Below, piece by piece: positions 12,105-24,351 of a stretch of DNA of 64,000 nt; the stretch's first letter is position 1, and every line of letters starts with the position of its first letter. The notes beneath the pieces are model-generated. The model worked only from the letters and a program-made list of their open reading frames with translations. It ran no database searches and was not told the DNA's origin. Source of the stretch: Macrostomum hystrix (taxonomy: Eukaryota > Animalia > Platyhelminthes); NCBI GenBank assembly GCA_950097015.1, contig CATNEN010000038.1, forward strand, positions 868,001 through 932,000, read 5' to 3'. A program made the position numbers and the translations under genes.

Positions 12105-13767
12105 CGATGGGATAATATGAATGGGATCGACTCTTTATCCATGGGATCATATGGATGGGATCGACTCTTTATCCATGGGATCATATGAATGGGATGACTC
12201 TTTATCCATGGGATCACATGGATGGGATCGACTCTTTATCCATGGGATCATATGAATGGGACGACTCTTTATCCATGGGATCATATGAATGGGATGACTC
12301 TTTATCCATGGGATCACATGGATGGGATCGACTCTTTATCCATGGGATGATATGAATGGGATGACTCTTTATCCATGGGATCATATGAATGGGATGACTC
12401 TTTATCCATGGGATCACATGGATGGGATCGACTCTTTATCCATGGGATCATATGATTGGGATGACTCTTTATCCATGGGATCACATGGATGGGATCGACT
12501 CTTTATCCATGGGATCATATGATTGGGATGACTCTTTATCCATGGGATCATATGAATGGGATGACTCTTTATCCATGGGATAATATGAATGGGATGACTC
12601 TTTATCCATGGGATCATATGGATGGGATGACTCTTTATCCATGGGATCATATGAATGCGATGACTCTTTATCCATGGGATCATATGGATGGGATCGACTC
12701 TTTATCCATGGGATCATATGAATGGGATGACTCTTTATCCATGGGATCATATGAATGGGATGACTCTTTATCCATGTGATCATATGGATGGGATGACTCT
12801 TTATCCATGGGATCATTTGGATGGGATCGACTCTTTATCCATGGGATCATATGAATGGGATGACTCTTTATCCATGGGATCATATGAATGAGATGACTCT
12901 TTATCCATGGGATCATATGGATGGGATCGACTCTTTATTCATGGATCATATGGATGGGACCGACTCTTTATCCATGGGATCATATGAATGCGATGACTCT
13001 TTATCCATGGGATCATATGAATGGGATGACTCTTTATCCATGGGATCATATGAATGGGATGACTCTTTATCCATGGGATCATATGGATGGGATCGACTCT
13101 TTATCTATGGGATCATATGGATGGGATCGACTCTTTATCCATGGGATCATATGAATGCGATGACTCTTTATCCATGGGATCATATGGATGGGATCGACTC
13201 TTTATCCATGGGATCATATGGATGGGATCGACTCTTTATTCATGGATCATATGGATGGGACCGACTCTTTATCCATGGGATCATATGAATGCGATGACTC
13301 TTTATCCATGGGATCATATGAATGGGATGACTCTTTATCCATGGGATCATATGAATGGGATGACTCTTTATCCATGGGATCATATGAATGGGATGACTCT
13401 TTATCCATGGGATCATATGGATGGGATCGACTCTTTATTCATGGATCATATGGATGGGATCGACTCTTTATCCATGGGATCATATGAATGGGATGACTCT
13501 TTATCCATGGGATCATATGAATGGGATGACTCTTTATCCATGGGATCATTTGAATGTGATGACTCTTTATCCATGGGATCATATGAATGGGATGACTCTT
13601 TATCCATGGGATCATATGAATTGGATGACTCTTTATCCATGGGATCATATGAATGGGATGACTCTTTATCCATGGGATCATATGAATCGGATGACTCTTT
13701 ATCCATGGGATCATATGAATGGGATGACTCTTTATCCATGTGATCATATGGATGGATGACTCTTTAT
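12105..13767. repeat. 33/34-bp satellite (GATGACTCTTTATCCATGGGATCATATGAATGG), ~50 copies, copy 1
   Basis: Visible tandem array with two main variants, TGAATGGGATGACTC and TGGATGGGATCGACTC. The overlapping repetitive ORFs are a by-product of the unit length. Confidence 0.97.
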
Positions 13768-14188
13768 GACGTCAGGTTTGTGATTTGTGATTTGTGACGT
13801 CAGGTTCTTTGGCGTCACTTGCATGTAGTTTCTCTCCAATCAATGCTTATTATCCTGGACCGCTTTTGACGTGACTTGTGCGTTTCTTATCGGAAGAACT
13901 TGGTGGCGGCGCTTTACGGAGAGTTGCAGCTTTTTATAATAGCCATGCAAAGAATAGATCATGGAACCAGCCGAGAAGGAACTCCATTAGTACCAAGAAC
14001 TCGTGGAATAAAGGGATCAAATTGGGATTTTATGCCAATTCAAGCCTCCAGACTGGAAGCTTTGAGATAGTGGGCATCAAATGCACGCGATGCTTATTTA
14101 TTTTCGTAAATGATTATTGACGCCTTGTTTAGGTAAGCTCGATGTTTGCGATGTACATGTAAGCGCACAACCCAACGACCAACTCCAG

Positions 14189-15207
14189 ATTCCCGAGCCT
14201 GGTCCAGCATCTCATGGCTGCTAGCTGGCGCAAGTGTTGCCATCGTGGCCAGCCTTACGGCGCTGCTGCTGAAGAAGTTCTGCGGACGAGCCAGAGCGCT
14301 GGCTATGACGGCCGTTGTTGCTGTTTTGGTGTGCGCCGGTAGTGAGTGAAGTGAATTTCAGATTTTGGAATAACTATTTTAGGCTTTAGTTACTCGACTA
14401 AGAAATTACTGGATGAGCAGGATGATTTACTCATTATTAAGCAATCATTTGTCATCCACAGCCGGAGCGCTGACAGCGGCCATCATTGTCTATTTGATCG
14501 TAGCAGGTCGACTACGAGCTCTCTTTGACAATGTTACGGTCTCCTTCGCTGCGTCAGCAGCTGGCGGTTCTCACAACGGCAGCGTCTCAGTCAGCAGTGT
14601 CAGCGGAGGCGACAGTGGAGCATCCGGCTTCGCACTGACAGTGGCCGCCGATCTGGCTTGTGTGGGAGACGTCCTGCTGCTAGCAGCGAAACGGCTCGCG
14701 TTTGCGCGCGATAGAGAGGCCTCCTCCTATAACGTTGAGGCGGCGGCGGCTGCTTCAGAGGCGGCAATGGCAAGCAACAAAACAGACTCGTCTGTAAAAG
14801 CCGACGCAGCTGCGGAGCCTAGGATGACGGCGACGGTGACAACGAGGTCGTCAACTCCGTCGCCGCCGCCACGTGCACACCGACTAATGTCGCTGGCACC
14901 GATTGCAGACGGTGCGAATGGGCCGCATGATGCGGCGAATTCTGCAAAATCGTCTGAACATCTGCGGCATAGGCTGGAACGTCGGCAGGAGACGGAGCGA
15001 CGCGCGGTGCCGCAGTCGTCGGCCAAAACAGACCCCAATAAGAGCATCAGTCGAAGATCGACCGTTGAAGTTTCGGCTGGACGGGGAGCATTCGACAATC
15101 TGGCCATGGAGCCGATAAGTGACGAACAGCAGGCCAGTTCAAAATTGGAAAGCGGCGCCGACTTCACCGCTAAAGCTGACGAAGAGCCCATTGTAGATGC
15201 TCTATAA
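14189..15207 (+). pseudogene. 5'-truncated duplicate of the claudin-like gene (exons 2-3 only)
   Basis: The duplication starts inside intron 1, so exon 1 (6729-7011; start codon and TM1) is absent from copy 2. Confidence 0.65.
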
Positions 15208-15778
15208 GGACGGCTGTATACGAGTATCTACGAGTATCTACTTATGCTTCGCCTTAAGCAAGGAAGATTGCAGTTGCGCAAGTCTTTGAAAGAATAATTG
15301 ATACAAAGTTTCATTCTAGATGCTTCAATATATTATCGCATTAAATAGTTCCAGTAAAAAATGTCACAAAAGCTATTTAAGAGCATTCAGGTCTTAAATA
15401 CTTGTCTAGTATTAAGATCATGGAATCATGGAATATATATATCATAGAAATATACGAAGATCAATTGTTACTCGTAATCGGCTAGATAAAAAAACTCTTT
15501 CGATTTAGTGGACTTCCAGCTCATTGCAGATGGAAGAGTGTACAACAAACATTGGCTCTACACAGTAAGGCAGGAAAGGCGCTTGACAAAAAAGAATCTA
15601 ATTTTCCGCTTCTAGATAAGAGAATATGCTGGGATGAATTTTAGCTCCGCTAATGCAAAGATTCCAGCTTGGATAATTAGAATAAAAAGTACCTTGTTAA
15701 AGTAGTTAAGGCAATCAAATTTGGCAGATGAAGTTTGAAATATATCGCAAGGTTCAGTAAAACAAACTCGACGAACAT

Positions 15779-18354
15779 TCAGGGCAGGCCGAACACCGCG
15801 ATGGATTTGTTAGCGGCATCCGCAACTGCGAGAAATCGTTTCATCTGGCCGCACAGACGGTCGTGACTCTCCGCATGTTTGGCACTATCGCCGCTGCCAC
15901 CGTCGACAAGCTCGCAGACGGTCACGACCGAAGGCGCTTTGCAGTCGTCGCAAGCAAGCGAGTGCAACAGCCGGCCGTCAGCAGTCTGGGCTTGAACTGC
16001 GGCCACCTCGGGTGAGCAGCTGTAGATCAGGCCACGGCTGTCGACGCATACGGAAACTGGCCGCTTGTTCTCGTCTGCATCCGCCGTCTTCAGCCTGAGA
16101 GGCGGAGGCGGGTTCATTCAGTGCTGAGAGGGTGGAGGCGCGTTCATTCAGTGCTGGGAGGGTGGATGTCAGGTGGATGGGTTACTGGGTTACCTGTCAA
16201 GCTGCATGCAGGACATCATGCACCAGACGTCGCAGCCGCCGCTAACCGAGTCGGTGATGAGGGCGCAGTGGGTGCCCATCGCGGCTACGCTTTCGGCAGA
16301 GCCACGCCGCATGTTTGGCAGAGCAACCTGAAGATGCAGGGTGCCAATCACTTCAGCTTCCTTGGCAACGGCCAGCAGGCGACAGTCAGGCTCGCACCTG
16401 TAGATGATCAGCTTGTCCTGGGTGCCGCTCAGGCTAGCAATTCGTCCTAGCGGCATGCCAACATTATCTTGCGTCACCCGGGCGAGCGCTCGACCGTCTA
16501 GACCGGCAACGAGAATGCAGCTGGCTTTCATTGCAACGAAAAGTCGCTGCTGACCGGGCGTGCCGCGTCGCGGACAGTCGCAGTGCAGGCCGACAATGGA
16601 GTCCGTGTCAGCTGCCCCGGCCAGCCGGATCATCGGGTGTTGACGCTTGTCAGCGGCCAGCAGCGACACCAGGCACAGACGGCGAGCCTCCGTCGAGTCC
16701 CCATCTGCAGCTGCAAGGACGACAACAATGCAGGGCGACGGAATGGGCGTCGCGGCGCTAGGATTGACGCTTGTGCCCAAGGCCACTACATGACCCTGCT
16801 CACTGCCTGACGGCGAAGCGGCTACGTAGCCGGCGACATCAGGACAGGCAGCTAGAGCTACGGGCCGATCATCCGCGAAGGTGTGGCTGGCGAGGCATGA
16901 CCAGGCGGCGGCGTCGTTGTCTGGCAGGAAGTTAACGATGCGACAATGTGCGATGTCAACGGTAACCCTCCATGTAAGTCAGCTGTAACCCTCCATGTCA
17001 GTCAGCTATAACCCTCCATGTCAGTCAGCTGTAACCCTCCATGTCAGTCAGCTGTAACCCTCCATGTCAGTCAGCTGTAACCCTCCATGTCAGTCAGCTG
17101 TAACCCGCATGTCAGTCAGCAGTGGGCCTCCAAAACTCACCAGCATCCTTGAACACTCGCCGCAGCTCCTCCTCCAGCAGGAAGGCCAGGCCCAGGGCCT
17201 TGGGGCCCAGGTTGGTCTTCACGCCGCGGCCGGGGGTGGCGCCGGCCTCAGCTGCGGCCTTTAAAGGCGCCAGCTGGCCGGAGAGTCGAAAGACCTGCGC
17301 CGCGTCGCCAGCCCGCTGAGCCTCGCGAAGCTGGCCGCCAAGCTTCCCAGCGCGATCGCAGGCGGACATGCCCTCAGTAACAAGGGCGAGCTCGGATTCC
17401 ACCTGCGGGAATGGGCCGAGTTGCTGGCTTGCAACTCCCATGATCAAAACTCTCCGCCGTTGTCGATGAACTTGGTGACAAGGACAACTGGCATTTCTCT
17501 GTAAAAGCCTCTATGGCGAATCCGTAATTGGTTACAAAATGAAAAATTTAACAAATCTAATCCATCTAATATAACTAGCAATAATAGCCGACAGGGTAAC
17601 TCTATGAAATTTTGTGAGCAGAAAAATTGTGCGTATATTGGTGGTTTTTGCCACCAGACACCCCGACGAGAATCGTTGAATATCTGGACGATGCCGATGT
17701 TTTGCGATTCTGAAAGTTGTTTCATCGGATCGAGCTGAACATTTTTGCCCGTGTTCTGTATTTCCATGGCGATTGGTTCAATATTTTGAGAGATGCAGAA
17801 AAAATGTCTACTGTTTATGGGGTCCGAGTATCTTATATTATAAAATCCTAAAGACGAAGCCTAAAAGACGCTTATGACCAATATTAAGATGACTAACTCT
17901 AAGATCTAAACCATTAGTTACAGGATAAAATTTGTTCTTGTAATAATCAATTTTTCACACAATGTCAGATACCAAGATCCCAATAATGACCTACTCTAAA
18001 ATAACAATAACAGGATTCTAGTAAGATTCAAAATACGAATTCAGCGAGCCAACTCACCTGGCCAACCAGACGCCTCTTGCCCGCCTCCAGAGCGTCCATG
18101 GCAGAGTCGAATGCGGCCTCCAGCTCCTGCCGCTCGCAGTATAGCCGCTGCTGCAGAGTTCGCTGCGTGGCCATCAGCTGGTCGAACTCCTCCAGCCGGG
18201 GTAACACAATCTCGCTCTGCATGTCGCCAACCTTCTTCACTTCGTGGCCCTTGTGCAGTTCGCACACGTGGCGGCCTGAGTAGGGTCCCAGGCCAACCAC
18301 CGGGTTCGGGCAGCGGCGAACGAAACAGTGCACTTCTTCGTTTGCGAAGGCCAT
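15779..18354 (-). CDS. RING-less TRIM-like B-box/coiled-coil/NHL protein (copy 2, complete)
   Basis: Exons 18354-18058, 17402-17141, 16920-16194 and 16094-15779, identical to copy 1 at +6,428. Confidence 0.7.
16961..17118. repeat. 23-bp intronic minisatellite (duplicate)
   Basis: Same array as 10533-10690. Confidence 0.9.
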
Positions 18355-18532
18355 TGCTGGCTTTGCTTGAATGATGGATTTAGATGGGCTTCTCATCTGT
18401 ACTAAATTATAATAGCTAACTTTGAGCAAAGCATTTTAATGGGATCTTATGTGACGTCTCACTGCACACTGGGATAAATTGAGCTTAGTATTTTACCTAC
18501 ACGATAAGTATTGTGGGGGATTGTGTCTTCCC

Positions 18533-20210
18533 CGATGGGATAATATGAATGGGATCGACTCTTTATCCATGGGATCATATGGATGGGATCGACTCTTTAT
18601 CCATGGGATCATATGAATGGGATGACTCTTTATCCATGGGATCACATGGATGGGATCGACTCTTTATCCATGGGATCATATGAATGGGACGACTCTTTAT
18701 CCATGGGATCATATGAATGGGATGACTCTTTATCCATGGGATCACATGGATGGGATCGACTCTTTATCCATGGGATGATATGAATGGGATGACTCTTTAT
18801 CCATGGGATCATATGAATGGGATGACTCTTTATCCATGGGATCACATGGATGGGATCGACTCTTTATCCATGGGATCATATGATTGGGATGACTCTTTAT
18901 CCATGGGATCACATGGATGGGATCGACTCTTTATCCATGGGATCATATGATTGGGATGACTCTTTATCCATGGGATCATATGAATGGGATGACTCTTTAT
19001 CCATGGGATAATATGAATGGGATGACTCTTTATCCATGGGATCATATGGATGGGATGACTCTTTATCCATGGGATCATATGAATGCGATGACTCTTTATC
19101 CATGGGATCATATGGATGGGATCGACTCTTTATCCATGGGATCATATGAATGGGATGACTCTTTATCCATGGGATCATATGAATGGGATGACTCTTTATC
19201 CATGTGATCATATGGATGGGATGACTCTTTATCCATGGGATCATTTGGATGGGATCGACTCTTTATCCATGGGATCATATGAATGGGATGACTCTTTATC
19301 CATGGGATCATATGAATGAGATGACTCTTTATCCATGGGATCATATGGATGGGATCGACTCTTTATTCATGGATCATATGGATGGGACCGACTCTTTATC
19401 CATGGGATCATATGAATGCGATGACTCTTTATCCATGGGATCATATGAATGGGATGACTCTTTATCCATGGGATCATATGAATGGGATGACTCTTTATCC
19501 ATGGGATCATATGGATGGGATCGACTCTTTATCTATGGGATCATATGGATGGGATCGACTCTTTATCCATGGGATCATATGAATGCGATGACTCTTTATC
19601 CATGGGATCATATGGATGGGATCGACTCTTTATCCATGGGATCATATGGATGGGATCGACTCTTTATTCATGGATCATATGGATGGGACCGACTCTTTAT
19701 CCATGGGATCATATGAATGCGATGACTCTTTATCCATGGGATCATATGAATGGGATGACTCTTTATCCATGGGATCATATGAATGGGATGACTCTTTATC
19801 CATGGGATCATATGAATGGGATGACTCTTTATCCATGGGATCATATGGATGGGATCGACTCTTTATTCATGGATCATATGGATGGGATCGACTCTTTATC
19901 CATGGGATCATATGAATGGGATGACTCTTTATCCATGGGATCATATGAATGGGATGACTCTTTATCCATGGGATCATTTGAATGTGATGACTCTTTATCC
20001 ATGGGATCATATGAATGGGATGACTCTTTATCCATGGGATCATATGAATTGGATGACTCTTTATCCATGGGATCATATGAATGGGATGACTCTTTATCCA
20101 TGGGATCATATGAATCGGATGACTCTTTATCCATGGGATCATATGAATGGGATGACTCTTTATCCATGTGATCATATGGATGGATGACTCTTTATCCACG
20201 GGATAATATG
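18533..20210. repeat. 33/34-bp satellite, copy 2 (retains the native right flank)
   Basis: Same array as 12105-13767. It decays into GGGATAA-containing flank sequence after 20195. Confidence 0.97.
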
Positions 20211-20803
20211 GGTGATATTAAATATTTATCTTGGGATGAAACATGTGAGGGATAATAATTCAAGGAATATTAAAACTGCAGAACGTAATAAATGTTTAGA
20301 AAAAGTGGAGACCCATTGGGGCGCCACATTGAGTTTATATTTGATGCGAGTTTAGCATTAATTTGCTAGAATCAACAAGGCAATAAAACAACAGACTTGT
20401 TTGTTGGCAAGGGACATCGGCAACTATTACGAGTATAAAGTAAAACATAGATCAGAAATCAAAGGATTAGTATGCAATAATACAAAATTAATAGTCGGCC
20501 GATTAGGTACTTTGAGCAAGCTAAGCTTGAAACCGAGAAAATTGCACAATGTTTTGTGTAAACTAAAGTCGCAGAAACAATCGGAAAGCAAGAAAAGTAC
20601 AAATTAAATGCCGAATAAATTTTAGCTGTTATTTTAATGGCAGAAAAATAACACAAGAAAATAAATACAATTTATGTACTTTTAATTTACTTTCACTTGT
20701 TAAAATGCATATTGCTGATAGTTTCAGTTTGGCAGAACTTTAGGATGCCAGCTCAGGCTTAAAAATAGACATTTTATAGTTTGCAGCAGCTTGCGGACTT
20801 AAA

Positions 20804-21549
20804 TGGGTAGAGGGTGCTAGTGACCTTGGATGGGGTAGAGGGTGCTAGTGACCTTGGATGGGGTAGAGGGTGCTAGTGACCTTCAGATGGGGTAGAGGGT
20901 GCTAGTGACCTTCAGATGGGGTAGAGGGTGCTAGTGACCTTGGATGGGGTAGAGGGTGCTAGTGACCTTCAGATGGGGTAGATGGTGCTAGTGACCTTCA
21001 GATGGGGTAGAGGGTGCTAGTGACCTTCAGATGGGGTAGATGGTGCTAGTGACCTTCAGATGGGGTAGAGGGTGCTAGTGACCTTCAGATTGGGTAGAGG
21101 GTGCTAGTGACCTTGGATGGGGTAGAGGGTGCTAGTGACCTTCAGATGGGGTAGAGGGTGCTAGTGACCTTGGATGGGGTAGAGGGTGCTAGTGACCTTC
21201 AGATGGGGTAGATGGTGCTAGTGACCTTCAGATGGGGTAGAGGGTGCTAGTGACCTTCAGATTGGGTAGATGGTGCTAGTGACCTTCAGATGGGGTAGAG
21301 GGTGCTAGTGACCTTCAGATGGGGTAGATGGTGCTAGTGACCTTCAGATGGGGTAGATGGTGCTAGTGACCTTCAGATGGGGTAGAGGGTGCTAGTGACC
21401 TTCAGATTGGGTAGAGGGTGCTAGTGACCTTCAGATTGGGTAGAGGGTGCTAGTGACCTTCAGATGGGGTAGAGGGTGCTAGTGACCTTCAGATTGGGTA
21501 GAGGGTGCTAGTGACCTTCAGACGGGGTAGAGGGTGCTAGTGACCTTCA
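20804..21549. repeat. 28/29-bp G-rich minisatellite (GGGGTAGAGGGTGCTAGTGACCTTCAGAT), ~26 copies
   Basis: Visible tandem array just 3' of the Spindly-like stop. It may lie in a 3'-UTR intron (minus-strand donor ACAG|GTAACT near 21602). Confidence 0.95.
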
Positions 21550-21628
21550 GGCGTCGTTGTGTGCTCTTAAGTCATGAAATGTACTTCAGAATTGACAGTT
21601 ACCTGTATCAGAATAAACAAGTCCTGGT

Positions 21629-24351
21629 TTAGGCATTTCTATTGTACTTCTTCTGCATCAGCTGCAGCATCTGAGGCGGATAATTAATCTCCGATTGCAA
21701 TTTCTGCTTGGCGGCATCTGTTGCCGCTGCTGACGAAGACTGCGACTGCTGCTGCTGCTGCTGCTGCTGCGGCTGTCGTGGCTCAATTTCATTCTCGACG
21801 GACGCCAAGCACGAGGCGTCCAGGGCTGCGGTGAATTCTGCCTCGCTGTGCTTCTGCCTGATGAGCTGCAGCTCCAGCTCAGCCACCCGCTGCTCAGAAG
21901 CCTCCAGCTGAGCCCGCAGTTGAGCAGCCTGCCTGCTGTACTCCAGCTTGGTGTTGCGCAGGCTGCAGCACTCCAGCTCGCGAGAGCGGAGCGCCTCCTG
22001 ACTCTCGGCTAGGCGGGCCTCTAAAGTCACGTGACCGTGAGACGACGCCAGGGAGGCGGTGACGGCCGCCGCTGCAGCACCGCCACTGCCGCTTCCGCCA
22101 GGAAACCGGCCGAGGGCGCAGGTGCGCTCAAAGGTGCGCAACACACCGGCGCTTTGCAGCTTGTTGGCGTCCTGCGACACCTCCAGTAGCTGAACCTGGG
22201 GACCGCAATTAGCGCTTTAGGCTACCACGAGATTCCAAACCCAGTTCACCAAGATCCGAAACCCAGTTCACTAAGATGCCAAACCCAGTTCACCAATATC
22301 CCATACCCAGTTCACCAAGATCCGAAACCCAGTTCACTAAGATGCCAAACCCAGTTCACCAAGATCCCAAACCCAGTTCACCAAGATCCCTGACCCAGTT
22401 CACCAACATCCCAAAAGCCAGTTCACCAAGATCCCAAACCCAGTTCACCAAGATCCCAAAACCCAGTTCACTAAGATCCCAAACCCAGTTCACCAAGATC
22501 CCTAACGCAGTTCACCAAGAGCCCTAACCGAGTTCACCAAGATCCCTAACCGAGTTCACCAAGATCCCTAACCGAGTTCACCAAGATCCCTAACCGAGTT
22601 CACCAAGATCCCTAACCGAGTTCACCAAGATCCCTAACCGAGTTCACCAAGATCCCTAACCCAGTTCACCAAGATCCCTGGCCCAGTTCACCAACATCCC
22701 AAAACCCAGTTCACTAAGATCCCAAACCCAGTTCACCAAGATCCCTGACCCAGTTCACCAACATCCCAAAACCCAGTTCACCAAGATCCCAAACCCAGTT
22801 CACCAAGATCCCTAGCCCAGTTCACCATGATCGCAAACCCAGTTCACCAAGATCCCACCTTCCGCTGCAGCGCTTCGATCTGCTGGCGACTCCAGGCGGC
22901 CTCTTGCTCCAAGTCGGCCACGTACTGGGCGCTGTGAGCCGGCTTCGTCCGCTCCCGCATGCGGGCCGCAAACAAGCAGCGCATCTCAGCCGCCTCAGAG
23001 TCTTTGCGCGCCAGACGGTCGCGCAGCTGGCCAACAGCTCGCTGTAGCTCCACAACGCGCAGTTCAGCCTTGACCCGACGATCCTCCAGCTCGGCGAATA
23101 GCGAGTTGCCGCGCGCAGCCAGCTGGCAGGCGGCGTTGGCCTCGGAGGCTTCGTCGGCCAGGGTGCCGGCGGCGGCGCTGGCGGCTGCGGCGCCACCCGC
23201 TGGACCCACGGCAGCAGCGGCTCGCAGGCGTTGTTCATCCACAGCCAGCACCAGGGCTTCCACTTCGGCGTCGCGTTCGGCCAGTCGATCGCGCAGCTGG
23301 GCGGATTCAAGGCGAGCCGCTTCCTCGGCTTCGGAGAGGCGCATAGCCAGCTCGCGTATCTCAGACTGCAGCGAGAGGGAAAAAGGGATACAACTATCTA
23401 GAATTGACACCGCACGAAAGCTCTGCAATATGTCAGGAAAGAACAATAGCAATCAGAATAGATCCCAAGTCAGTGCACCCAGATCCTAAACCCAAAACAG
23501 CCCGATCACAAACACAGCACAGCCAGATCCCAAACCCAAAACAGCCCGATCACAAACACAGCACAGCCAGATCCCAAACCCAAAACAGCCCGATCACAAA
23601 CACAGCACAGCCAGATCCCAAACCCAAAACAGCCCGATCACAAACACAGCACAGCCAGATCCCAAACCCAAAATAGGACAGCTAAATCCCAAACCCAATA
23701 CAGAAAGATCCTGAACTCAACGCAGCCAGATCTCAACTATGCTGTACTCTTAGACCTCACCTTGTGCGCCAGCTCCAATTCATATCTCTCTCGGATGGAC
23801 TCTTCCTCGGCGTCTCTGGCTGCACGCAGTTCAGCCTTCAGCTCGGCCAGTTGAGACCGCAAAGCTGCCAAAGCCGCTTCAGACGAGGCGGAGGCGGCTG
23901 TGGCGGCGTTCGAGGCAGCCGAAGACAATCCAGAACCGGCGGCTGCGTCGTCAAGTTTCGAGCTGGCAGTAGAGACAGTCGAAATTGCCGACTTTGGCGA
24001 AGGCGGCGACTGCGGTGACTTCATGCTGGATGCAGACGCGGCGGCTGCGGCAGCGGCGGCGGCGGCTGCGTTGGCCTGCTTCAACTCGGCCGTGAGAGCC
24101 TTGCGAGACCGCTCCAACTCGTCCAGCTCCGATGTGTAGTGCGACTCCATCTGGCGAGCAAGACGGAGGCCTCCTGATAGCTCGTGATTCTCCTGCTCGA
24201 GGCTGCAGCAGCGGCCATTCAAATCGGCCAGCTGGCGCTGAAGGCGATGACAGATGGCCCGCTTGTGATGCAAATTCTCTTCCAGCTCCTGGCGACTGAG
24301 GCAGCCCGGATCGCCTTTGTTAGGCGTGTCTGCTAGCGGAGATGGCAGCAT
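21629..24351 (-). CDS. SPDL1: Spindly-like kinetochore/dynein adaptor coiled-coil protein
   Basis: Exons 24351-23761, 23365-22859 and 22195-21629 are all phase 0 with GT-AG sites. The protein contains the Spindly box RGNSLFAELEDRR (cf. vertebrate KGNSLFAEVEDRR), an N-terminal LEQENHEL...RQMES segment resembling SPDL1 CC1, and long coiled coils. Confidence 0.8.
22235..22856. repeat. 20/21-bp intronic minisatellite (CCCAGTTCACCAAGATCCCAAA-like), ~30 copies
   Basis: Fills almost all of Spindly intron 2 and runs up to the splice donor. Confidence 0.95.
23478..23675. repeat. ~44-bp intronic tandem repeat (CAGATCCCAAACCCAAAACAGCCCGATCACAAACACAGCACAGC), ~4 copies
   Basis: Visible array in Spindly intron 1; shares GATCCCAAACCCA with the intron-2 array. 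Confidence 0.9.

Larger units (their letters stand above)
7366..13767. repeat. Tandem segmental duplication, copy 1 (6,402 bp)
   Basis: Every ORF and satellite variant recurs at +6,428. Identity begins at GTGACGTCAGGTTCTTTGG (7366 vs 13794) and ends at GACTCTTTAT (13767 vs 20195). Confidence 0.97.
13794..20195. repeat. Tandem segmental duplication, copy 2
   Basis: No differences from 7366-13767 were noticed by eye, and the ORF track is identical at +6,428. Confidence 0.97.

Noticed and set aside
12105-20199. Repetitive ORFs (MTLYPWDH, DSLSMGSYEW, MIPWIKSH)
   Set aside because: They are translations of the 33/34-bp satellite, open in several frames on both strands, with no splice or codon support.
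20774-20797. Possible terminal Spindly micro-exon SASCCKL* giving a CaaX box
   Set aside because: It needs a phase-0 donor before the stop at 21629-21631; the only good donor (~21602) lies after the stop.
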